Of a stretch of 64,000 bases of DNA, positions 31,793-39,827 are shown in pieces. The stretch comes from Bdellovibrionales bacterium RIFOXYD12_FULL_39_22 (GTDB taxonomy: Bacteria; Bdellovibrionota; Bacteriovoracia; Bacteriovoracales; Bacteriovoracaceae). The stretch spans positions 1 through 64,000 of the forward strand of contig MEQL01000038.1 of assembly GCA_001770205.1 (NCBI GenBank). The letters are read 5' to 3'. The notes under the pieces were generated by a model, which saw nothing but the letters and a program-made list of their open reading frames with translations, was not told where the DNA came from and searched no databases. How positions within the stretch are numbered: the first letter of the stretch is position 1; each line of letters opens with the position of its first letter. A program made the translations under genes and the position numbers.

Positions 31793-32936
31793 TAGGTTAT
31801 ATTTCGACTATAATGCAACATCCCCTTTGGCCGACTCGGTAAAAGAGTTCGTGCTTAAAGGGGATTTTTTGTTTGGAAATCCATCATCATCTCATACCAC
31901 TGGGCGACAGGCCGATGCAGTGGTTCGTCAGGCACGCCAGAAGATTCTGCAAATATTTGAATTAAACGAAGCTGATTATAAGCTTTTTTTTCACTCGGGT
32001 GCTACCGAGGGCGCGAACACTGTTATTAAAGGATATGCAAAGCATAAAAAAATTTCTTTTTTTTATGCGGGAACTGATCATTCTATTATGTCGGGAATTG
32101 CAGAAGAGTTGGCATCTGAGGGACATGCCGTGGAAGTTTTTCACCCAGATAGACATGGCCAACTTTTAGTTGAGTCTTTGATTGAAAAAATTAATTTGAA
32201 AAAAGCACAGGGGTATTTTCCGCTTCTTAATTTTACCTGTGTTAATAATGAAACCGGGGTGGTCTGGCCACTTTCTTTTGCTATGCAAATAAAAAAAGAG
32301 ACGGGAGCAGTTATCCATGTTGATGCTGTTCAGCTTCCGGGAAAGATGGATAATTGGCATAAATTGTTGGCAGGACTTGATGCTTATACTTTTTCGGCGC
32401 ATAAATTTGGTGGCCTCAAATCAGTTGGCCTTACTATTTATAAAAAAGATTTTTCCTTTGCTCCCTTACTACAAGGAGGCGGACAGGAAGATGGCCTGCG
32501 CGCAGGCACGGTAAATGTACTGGGTATTTATGCCGCGGAGTTGGCGCTAACAAGCTTACGAAAATTATTCGATGCTAATTCTTTGCAGACGGCCAAAAAC
32601 TATATTGAGCAAAATTTAACAGGTATTTTGGGAGAGAGGGGCGAGGTGATTGGATATCATTCGCCATATAGAAATTTAAATACCATTACCTTTCTAATAT
32701 ATGGGAAGCGCGCTGATTCACTTATGCCGGCATTTGATTTAAGTGGAATGGATGTGAGCTTCGGGTCTGCTTGTCAGGCCGGACAAGTTCGGCCCAACAA
32801 GGTGCTTCTTTCTATGGGATATAGTGAGCAGCAATCATTATCACCAATTCGTCTATCATTTTCTCCGTTCATGAAGTTGGAGGAGGCAAAATTTTTTTTC
32901 AAAGAAATTGAGAGCGTTATTTCTCGCTTTTTATAA
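31773..32936 (+). CDS. iscS: Cysteine desulfurase (IscS/NifS family)
   Basis: YFDYNATSP, GNPSS, SGATE, NNETG, HVDAVQ, SAHKFGG, GSAC. Confidence 0.92.
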   Translation: MVRLISNRLYFDYNATSPLADSVKEFVLKGDFLFGNPSSSHTTGRQADAVVRQARQKILQIFELNEADYKLFFHSGATEGANTVIKGYAKHKKISFFYAGTDHSIMSGIAEELASEGHAVEVFHPDRHGQLLVESLIEKINLKKAQGYFPLLNFTCVNNETGVVWPLSFAMQIKKETGAVIHVDAVQLPGKMDNWHKLLAGLDAYTFSAHKFGGLKSVGLTIYKKDFSFAPLLQGGGQEDGLRAGTVNVLGIYAAELALTSLRKLFDANSLQTAKNYIEQNLTGILGERGEVIGYHSPYRNLNTITFLIYGKRADSLMPAFDLSGMDVSFGSACQAGQVRPNKVLLSMGYSEQQSLSPIRLSFSPFMKLEEAKFFFKEIESVISRFL

Positions 32937-32949
32937 AAAATATTTTATT

Positions 32950-32978
32950 TTGACAAAAAGATTTTATGCTTTTACCAT
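32950..32978 (+). promoter_or_regulatory. Candidate sigma70 promoter for riboswitch/trehalose cluster
   Basis: TTGACA-17 bp-TACCAT, 14 nt upstream of the aptamer candidate. Confidence 0.6.
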
Positions 32979-32991
32979 GATGAAAATTTCA

Positions 32992-33092
32992 TGGGTCTGG
33001 TTAAATCCAGAGGTTTCTAAGATGGTCGGGCCGCCTTCTAGTCTATGGTAAGAACCTTGCGCTTGCTGGTTCTTGCTAAGAGTTAGGAGGGG
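32992..33092 (+). ncRNA. Candidate nhaA-I/DUF1646-like (Li+/Na+) riboswitch with anti-SD expression platform
   Basis: GGGU + hairpin CUGG/CCAG + AGGU...UGGUCGGGCCGCC resembles my recollection of the nhaA-I consensus; CCGCCUUCUA can pair with UAGGAGGGG. Confidence 0.6.
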
Positions 33093-33229
33093 ATTTCGCA
33101 AGATGAAATAATACATTAATTTTTAGCAGTGAACAGCGTATGGGAGAGTTGTCTTTTAGTTAACATCCAAATTCGTATTTGTTCGCTTTTATAACAGTTT
33201 AGAGAATTGTCTAATTTTCAGGGAGGGGT

Positions 33230-33559
33230 ATGCAGCAAAAAAATCATGATAGTGATAATGGAGAACAATCTAGTGTGATGGCGCTTGCGTTTAGAGGATA
33301 TTGGTTTTTTGGATGGGCGCTACCAACGTTGTTTGTAATTCGGGAGATGATAGAAAGGCCGACGAATAAAATATTTATTTTTTTTGGATGGCCAGCAATA
33401 TATGCAAGCGTAATTCTGACGCGTTTTATTGATGTACGTTTTTATAAAGGTACTACGATGGATGGTGAGCCGGCCACAAGTAAGCATCTCTTGTCACATG
33501 CTATTCGTTTTTTACCATTTCCGCTTGTTGGAATTTTGATTACTGCTTTTTTAAAATAG
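33230..33559 (+). CDS. Small hypothetical membrane protein (~3 TM)
   Basis: Strong SD GGAGGG; three hydrophobic segments; 3 bp before the TPS gene. Confidence 0.7.
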   Translation: MQQKNHDSDNGEQSSVMALAFRGYWFFGWALPTLFVIREMIERPTNKIFIFFGWPAIYASVILTRFIDVRFYKGTTMDGEPATSKHLLSHAIRFLPFPLVGILITAFLK

Positions 33560-33562
33560 AGG

Positions 33563-35758
33563 GTGGTATTGAGAAAAATATATAGTTTTATTTTGCCTCT
33601 TATATTGGTCATTGCGGTAGTGGCGTATTTTATCGTGCCATTGATCGATTCATTAACTTTGACTTGGTTTGCTCGAGATATAGATAAGAGAGTTATTCTT
33701 GTTCACTCTACATTAAACGATTCCTTAGTTGAAATGGTCAAAAATAAGCAGCGAAAAAAAATCGAAGTATTGTTTAACAGAGTTATTCAAGATGAGCGAC
33801 TTTATGCAATGGCCTTTTGCTCCACAGATGGAAAGTTTGATGTAAAAACAGAGACGTTTTCACAACTGACTTGTGTTTTACAAGATACTTCAAAGCAAGT
33901 AGCGCTTCCTGCTGGGGCCGTTAACATTGCGGCAATTTCAATTGTCGATGACGAAAATGTTAAACTTGGCGAGCTTGTTCTTGTCCATGATCTTAGTTTT
34001 ATTGAACGAAGAAGTAGTGAGACAAGAGAATATGTCATCTATTTTTTTACTGGCCTAGGAATAGTAATATCTTTTTTAACAGTTATCTTAATAAAGATCA
34101 GTTATCGTGGATGGTCGTTATCATTAAAAAAAATCTTAGATGAAGATTTTATAAGCGGAACAAAGCAAAAAAGTCCGGATTTTGATTTTGCACCGCTGGT
34201 ACAGCATCTGAGAAAATATTTTATAGAATTTGATAAAGAGCGAAGAAGTAGAGACGATGAGCGAATAAGTTGGACGCCTAAAAGCTTGAAAGATATTTTA
34301 AACAAAGAGCTATATGGGGATGAGGTAATTATTGTTTCCAATAGAGAGCCTTATATCCATGAATTTAAAAATGGCCGGCCAGAAGTATTGTTTCCGGCAA
34401 GTGGAGTTGTTACCGCGCTTGAACCAATTATGAAGGCCTGCTCAGGGACATGGATTGCACATGGAAGTGGAGGGGCAGATCGCGAATTTGTTGACAACAA
34501 AGATTCTATAATGGTTCCACCAGGAGAAAATAAATATAAGCTGAGAAGGATTTGGTTAACGCAAGAGGAGGAAAATGGTTACTATTTTGGATTTGCCAAT
34601 GAGGGACTTTGGCCACTTTGTCATATAGCACATATACAACCAGTATTCAGGCTAGAAGATTGGGAGATGTATAAGGCCGTTAATCAACGCTTTGCCCTGG
34701 CAGTAAAGGAGGAGGCAAAAAGCGAAGATCCTGTCATCTTGGTACAAGATTATCATTTCACCCTTCTTCCTAAAATGATAAAAGATTTATTACCAAAGGC
34801 CACAGTAATTACTTTTTGGCATATTCCCTGGCCCAATCCAGAGTTTTTTGGAATTTGTCCTTACAGAGAAGAGATACTAGAAGGATTATTGGGAAGCACA
34901 ATTCTCGGCTTCCATACACCATTTCATTGTAATAATTTTCTAGATACTGTTGATCGATATATGGAGTGTCGGGTTGATCGCTCATCTCTTAATATTTCGT
35001 ATAATAAAAAAATTACATCTATAAACAACTATCCTATTTCTATCGAATTTCAACTTGGGAAAACTGTTACAAATCATTCAGAAGAGAATGCGTTGATAAA
35101 AAAAATGTACGGGATAGGAGAAGATGTTTTGATTGGAATTGGCGTGGATAGAATGGACTATACCAAAGGAATTCTAGAGCGTTTTTTATCGATTGAGAGA
35201 TTTTTTGATAAGTATCCGGAGTGGAAAGGTAAATTCTCATTTATTCAAATTGCAGCACCGACGAGAAGCAGTATTAAAGAGTATCAAAAATTTGGCAATG
35301 AGTTAAAAATAACGGCGGAAAGAATTAATACCAAATATTCTACGAAGAATTGGCCGGCAGTGATTTTACTCGCAGAGCATTTTAACCATCATCAAGTAAT
35401 TGAGTATTATAGACAATCGACCCTATGCTTTGTTTCCAGTTTACATGATGGAATGAATCTGGTGGCCAAGGAGTATATTGCCGCAAAAGAAAAAGAAGAC
35501 GGAGTGTTAATTCTTAGCCAGTTTACTGGTGCGGCAATGGAACTTCCTGAGGCGATTATTGTTAATCCATACAATATTGATCAGTGTGCGGATGCTATTA
35601 AAATGGCATTGGATATGCCAGAAGCCGAAAAACATGGCCGAATGAAGAGCATGCGCAGTTATGTACACGAATTCAATGTCTATCGCTGGGCCGGTCGAAT
35701 GTTGCTGGATGCTGCTCGTATTAGAAAGAGAGAAAGAATTTTGAGGACACAGCTTTAG
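33563..35758 (+). CDS. otsA: Trehalose-6-phosphate synthase (GT20) with N-terminal 2-TM/periplasmic domain
   Basis: [52 protein letters not shown]; ~250-aa N-terminal extension with two TM helices. Confidence 0.93.
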   Translation: MVLRKIYSFILPLILVIAVVAYFIVPLIDSLTLTWFARDIDKRVILVHSTLNDSLVEMVKNKQRKKIEVLFNRVIQDERLYAMAFCSTDGKFDVKTETFSQLTCVLQDTSKQVALPAGAVNIAAISIVDDENVKLGELVLVHDLSFIERRSSETREYVIYFFTGLGIVISFLTVILIKISYRGWSLSLKKILDEDFISGTKQKSPDFDFAPLVQHLRKYFIEFDKERRSRDDERISWTPKSLKDILNKELYGDEVIIVSNREPYIHEFKNGRPEVLFPASGVVTALEPIMKACSGTWIAHGSGGADREFVDNKDSIMVPPGENKYKLRRIWLTQEEENGYYFGFANEGLWPLCHIAHIQPVFRLEDWEMYKAVNQRFALAVKEEAKSEDPVILVQDYHFTLLPKMIKDLLPKATVITFWHIPWPNPEFFGICPYREEILEGLLGSTILGFHTPFHCNNFLDTVDRYMECRVDRSSLNISYNKKITSINNYPISIEFQLGKTVTNHSEENALIKKMYGIGEDVLIGIGVDRMDYTKGILERFLSIERFFDKYPEWKGKFSFIQIAAPTRSSIKEYQKFGNELKITAERINTKYSTKNWPAVILLAEHFNHHQVIEYYRQSTLCFVSSLHDGMNLVAKEYIAAKEKEDGVLILSQFTGAAMELPEAIIVNPYNIDQCADAIKMALDMPEAEKHGRMKSMRSYVHEFNVYRWAGRMLLDAARIRKRERILRTQL

Positions 35759-35761
35759 ATT

Positions 35762-36499
35762 ATGAAAGGATATAATTGTTTGGAGTTTTGGAAGGTTTTT
35801 GAGGGAAAAGAAAAAGTTTTTTTTCTTTTTGATTTTGATGGAACATTGGCCCCACTTTGTAGGCATCATACAAAAGCAAGGATGTGTAGAGGAGACGCAG
35901 TGATATTGCAAAAACTAAAGGCCAGATATCGAATTGGAATTATTTCTGGTAGATCATTGCGTGATTTAAGAAGACTGATTCCCTTTAAAGTGGATTTTTT
36001 AGTGGGAAATCATGGAATGGAAAACCCCTTTTTTCCAATAGTAAATAAAGAAGAGATTGTGCGAGAGATGCGTCAATTGGCTTTGTTATTAGCGGATATG
36101 TTTCCAAGTGTTATCATTGAGCAAAAAATAGTTAGCATTGCCTTGCATGTTCAAAGGGGGGGAGGATCAAAAAAATTATTAGAAAAATTAAAAATTTTTT
36201 TAAAAAATTTTCCAGAATTAAAAATAGTCGGGGGAAAGAACGTAGTAAATGTACTGCCAGCAATGTCCATGGCCAAGGGGGATGTTGTCCGACAGTTAAT
36301 GGTAAAATTACCAATGACCCATTTTATCTACTTCGGTGATGATGTTACCGATGAAAGTGTTTTTAATATATGCAGTCAGCGATTACATACAGTGCGAGTT
36401 GGATGTCATGTTCGATCTCGTGCCCAGTATTGTCTACGGCATCAGGGAGAAGTATTTCCGTTGTTAGAAAAAATCATATGGAGATACTGTGGGAAATAA
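35762..36499 (+). CDS. otsB: Trehalose-6-phosphate phosphatase (HAD)
   Basis: DFDGTL, ISGR, GNHGME, KG, GDDVTDE. Confidence 0.92.
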   Translation: MKGYNCLEFWKVFEGKEKVFFLFDFDGTLAPLCRHHTKARMCRGDAVILQKLKARYRIGIISGRSLRDLRRLIPFKVDFLVGNHGMENPFFPIVNKEEIVREMRQLALLLADMFPSVIIEQKIVSIALHVQRGGGSKKLLEKLKIFLKNFPELKIVGGKNVVNVLPAMSMAKGDVVRQLMVKLPMTHFIYFGDDVTDESVFNICSQRLHTVRVGCHVRSRAQYCLRHQGEVFPLLEKIIWRYCGK

Positions 36500-38297
36500 A
36501 AACAATATGCAAGAATTTGATCAATATAGGATGGGGATAATTGGTAATTGTTCATTTCTTGCCAACATAGACGCCCATGGGAGCATCTGTTGGTTATGTT
36601 GGCCGCATGTTGATGATCGGCCAATTTTTAATTCCTTGCTTAATGAAGTAGGCGGGGCAAAATTTCAGATAAGGCCGGCAGGAAATTTTTTAACTTCTCA
36701 GCATTATTTGAGAAATACAAATATTTTAGTAACGGAATTTAAAAGTGATGATGGGGCATTTCGAGTTATAGATTTTGCTCCACGATTTAAGTTGTTTGAT
36801 CGAAATCATCGACCGCTATCGATTTTTAGAAAAATTGAACGAATTTTTGGTAATCCTCAAGTTGTAATTTCTATCGATCTTGCAAGACGCAATGGTGTTG
36901 ACTTAATTTTGCCCATATTGGGTAGTAATCACTTAACATATAGGGCAGATGACATAGATATTCGATTAACAACAAATGTTTCCAAGTCAAATATTTTAGA
37001 AGAGTTACCCTTCACTCTAACAGAAGATAAATATCTTGTTTTAACTTGGGGAGAACATTTACAGGCCTCTTTGGAAGAAACATTTAATGATTTCTTTGCG
37101 CGAACCGAAAATTATTGGCATGATTGGATTAGAAGGACGACGCTTCCATGCATTTATCAAAAAGAGTTGATTCGATCGGCCCTGATTTTAAAATTACATC
37201 AGGATGAGGATTCGGGGGCGGTGATAGCCTCTGGAAATACAAGTTTGCCAGAATTTCCAGGAAGTGGCCGGAATTGGGACTATCGCTTCTCATGGATTCG
37301 TGATTCCTATTTTACACTTTCTGCCTTGCATTCCCTCGGGCATTTTTCAGAGATCGAAAGATATTCGCACTTTATTCAAGATATTGCGATTAAAGCAAAA
37401 GATAGGATTCATCCGGTTTATAAAATTAATGGAAGTCCACCCATTCCAGAAATAGTTGATTTACATTTGCAAGGATACAAGTCCAATGGGCCGGTGCGTT
37501 TTGGGAATGAGGCGTATAATCAAATACAAAACGATGTTTATGGCCAAATATTACTATCACTTTTGCCTCTATATTCTGATCAGCGAGTTGACGATAGAAG
37601 TCCTCGACCTTCTAAAAAATTAGTAATGTCATTGTTGGAGAAAATAGAAAGGACACTATTAGAAAAGGATGCTGGGATTTGGGAATTTCGCGGAAAAACC
37701 ATGGCCAATTGCACGACATCTCTTTTTAGATGGGCCGGAGCTAGGGCCGCATTAAAGATCTCTCAAATTATTTTTGATGATGATATGCACATTCGCGCAC
37801 ATGAACTTTTATATAAAAGCAAGGAGGCAATTGAAGAGTGTTATTCTAGGGCCGAGAATTGCTTCTATGCGGCCTCAGATGTTAAGTTTTTTGATGCTTC
37901 AACATTACTACTAATTAATATGAGTTATCTTGATAAGGTGACGGATAAGCAAAGGGCAATTGGCCACTTGCGGAGAATTGAACAAGAATTATCGGCACAG
38001 GAAGGATTGTTTTTTAGATATAGGGAGAATGATGATTTTGGTGAGACGAAGGCCGCTTTTTTGATTTGTAGTTTTTGGTTTATTGAGGCATTGGCCACTC
38101 TTGGTTTTGTGGATGAAGCAATAAAAAAACTTGAAAAAGTTATTGGTTATTCAAATAGCTTGGGTATTTTTAGTGAGGATATTGACCCAACTACTAAGGG
38201 CCAGTTGGGGAATTTTGGCCAAACTTATGGCCATGTTGGCCTTATTAATGCTGTTTTTAGAATTGCAAAAAAAGTTGATGGAAATATTTTTGATTAA
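36489..38297 (+). CDS. Glycoside hydrolase family 15 (trehalase-like)
   Basis: IIGNC, TSLPE, RNWDYRFSWIRD, QNDVYG, DAGIWEFR, AFLICSFW, GNFGQTYGHVGLI. Confidence 0.92.
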   Translation: MGNKNNMQEFDQYRMGIIGNCSFLANIDAHGSICWLCWPHVDDRPIFNSLLNEVGGAKFQIRPAGNFLTSQHYLRNTNILVTEFKSDDGAFRVIDFAPRFKLFDRNHRPLSIFRKIERIFGNPQVVISIDLARRNGVDLILPILGSNHLTYRADDIDIRLTTNVSKSNILEELPFTLTEDKYLVLTWGEHLQASLEETFNDFFARTENYWHDWIRRTTLPCIYQKELIRSALILKLHQDEDSGAVIASGNTSLPEFPGSGRNWDYRFSWIRDSYFTLSALHSLGHFSEIERYSHFIQDIAIKAKDRIHPVYKINGSPPIPEIVDLHLQGYKSNGPVRFGNEAYNQIQNDVYGQILLSLLPLYSDQRVDDRSPRPSKKLVMSLLEKIERTLLEKDAGIWEFRGKTMANCTTSLFRWAGARAALKISQIIFDDDMHIRAHELLYKSKEAIEECYSRAENCFYAASDVKFFDASTLLLINMSYLDKVTDKQRAIGHLRRIEQELSAQEGLFFRYRENDDFGETKAAFLICSFWFIEALATLGFVDEAIKKLEKVIGYSNSLGIFSEDIDPTTKGQLGNFGQTYGHVGLINAVFRIAKKVDGNIFD

Positions 38298-38365
38298 GAG
38301 TCTTGAAATAATACTTGGCGATTAATTTTTTTATTTTGAATAGATTTTATAAATTGGAGGTGATT

Positions 38366-38602
38366 ATGATTATGGATGGTTTACAGCTAACAATCGTTGG
38401 TGTTGGTACAGTTTTTTCTTTTCTTATAATACTTGTGTTATTGCTTAAATTAATGTCAAAAATTCTTCGGCCATATACTGAAAAGGAATATGCTAAGTAT
38501 TTGGCCGATCAAGAAAGGGCCACTCTATCTAAAACGTCATCTTCGGAAGACTCCGCAGTAGTTGCGGCCATAGCGGCCGCTATTGAGATGCATAAAAAAT
38601 AG
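38366..38602 (+). CDS. oadG: OadG-family Na+-pumping decarboxylase gamma-like subunit
   Basis: SD GGAGGT; GLQLTIVGVGTVFSFLIIL single TM; C-terminal VAAIAAAI..H. Confidence 0.8.
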   Translation: MIMDGLQLTIVGVGTVFSFLIILVLLLKLMSKILRPYTEKEYAKYLADQERATLSKTSSSEDSAVVAAIAAAIEMHKK

Positions 38603-38711
38603 GTTCTATTTTTTTTAGTCCAAACCCCACTTGGATACCACTGTTCTCAAAAGGGGATTCACTTTGATTCCACTTTGCCCAAAATGCACCGGCCAAATTA
38701 GAGTGATTCGC

Positions 38712-38724
38712 CAATTACTTGATA
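38712..38724 (-). promoter_or_regulatory. IHF binding site
   Basis: TATCAAGTAATTG on minus strand matches WATCAA-N4-TTR; ~40 bp upstream of the sigma54 -24 box. Confidence 0.6.
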
Positions 38725-38762
38725 ATTCGACCACAACATTCACTTTTTGTTGCTGTGCGGCT

Positions 38763-38778
38763 TGGCACGTGTCGTGCA
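38763..38778 (+). promoter_or_regulatory. Sigma54 (-24/-12) promoter
   Basis: TGGCACGTGTCGTGCA: TGGCACG, GG-N10-GC spacing, one mismatch to TGGCACG-N4-TTGCW. Confidence 0.7.
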
Positions 38779-38788
38779 AATAGCATTT

Positions 38789-38965
38789 ACAAGAAGTTGG
38801 TTGGCCCGACAGGTTTTTTGCCTTGATCAATCAGAGACGGTATGTCCATTCAAGCAATCCCACCTTGGCCAGCCTCAGTAACGGGTATCAGAATTGGTGC
38901 CTGCCAGAAATATCTAATATCCCACCTTTATGGCGTATAAGTTTTTGATCAAGGCAAACCTCTAT
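38789..38965 (+). ncRNA. Candidate sigma54-dependent structured small RNA (or 6S-like rod)
   Basis: Perfect 14-bp inverted repeat 38817-38830/38945-38958, inner G-U-containing stems, twin ATCCCACCTT; no plus-strand gene follows. Confidence 0.55.
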
Positions 38966-38982
38966 TTTATTTAAATAAAAGA

Positions 38983-39648
38983 TTACTCAAGTTCGTCCCA
39001 GTCAATTTCATTAGAAAGGGTTACCCCCGAAAGAGTTCGATCCTTTTCTTTTTTTATAAAAGGGAAGGTGATTTGATGGGTGTTTGGAAAATCAAGGCCA
39101 TGAGATATTACGATGGTTTTAGGAACAAATGATTGCAGGGAGGTGTAGAAGTAATCCGCAGGAAGATCATTGATAAATAATTCACTCTCGTAGGATTTTG
39201 CTTCTTCTTTTTCAAGCGATTTGTCTATAGTGACAAGGTTTTCTGGGGCCATAGGTCTAGTTGAGCTGTTTTTGATTACTATCGCTCCTTTGATTTTATT
39301 TCTGGCCACTTCATTGGTTAGATTCCAGCTGGCGATATTGAAAAAATCCAAAAAAAGAGTGGAGCTATTATATTTTATTTTTCTCGGTAGAAGCAGTGCT
39401 TGGAGAAACTTTCGAGAGGAAGGATCTTTTGCCCGTTTAGAAATTTTTTCTGCGAAGTGGCTATCTTCGATTCTGATTATATAGGCCCCGGGATTTTTAG
39501 TGGAACGATACAGCATGTATTGAAAGGCAATGCTGTAGAGGTTAAAAAGCTTGTGTTGGTTTAGGTGGATGTGCGGGTGCGAGTCATCAGTGTCAACAAG
39601 CATTTTTACCGCTTCGTAGAGTTCTTGCTTTGAAAGATCTTTTTTCAT
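38983..39648 (-). CDS. Hypothetical protein
   Basis: 221-aa ATG ORF filling the gap; no recognised motif. Confidence 0.65.
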   Translation of the reverse strand: MKKDLSKQELYEAVKMLVDTDDSHPHIHLNQHKLFNLYSIAFQYMLYRSTKNPGAYIIRIEDSHFAEKISKRAKDPSSRKFLQALLLPRKIKYNSSTLFLDFFNIASWNLTNEVARNKIKGAIVIKNSSTRPMAPENLVTIDKSLEKEEAKSYESELFINDLPADYFYTSLQSFVPKTIVISHGLDFPNTHQITFPFIKKEKDRTLSGVTLSNEIDWDELE

Positions 39649-39827
39649 ATTTGATTAATACACTTTTTGGTAAATGTTTTGAGTGTTTTTTTAATAGAGG
39701 AAAAAAAATTATCTGTAAATTGCTATTTTGAATATTTGTAAAATAGAAATATCTGTGCTAAAAAAAATTTTTCAATTTATATCGATTCAAGAACAACTAT
39801 TTACTAAGCTACATTGGAGTAATTAAA

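Noticed and set aside
38615..38830. 71-aa minus-strand ORF
   Set aside because: No SD or family motif; it overlies the sigma54/IHF elements, which explain the region better.
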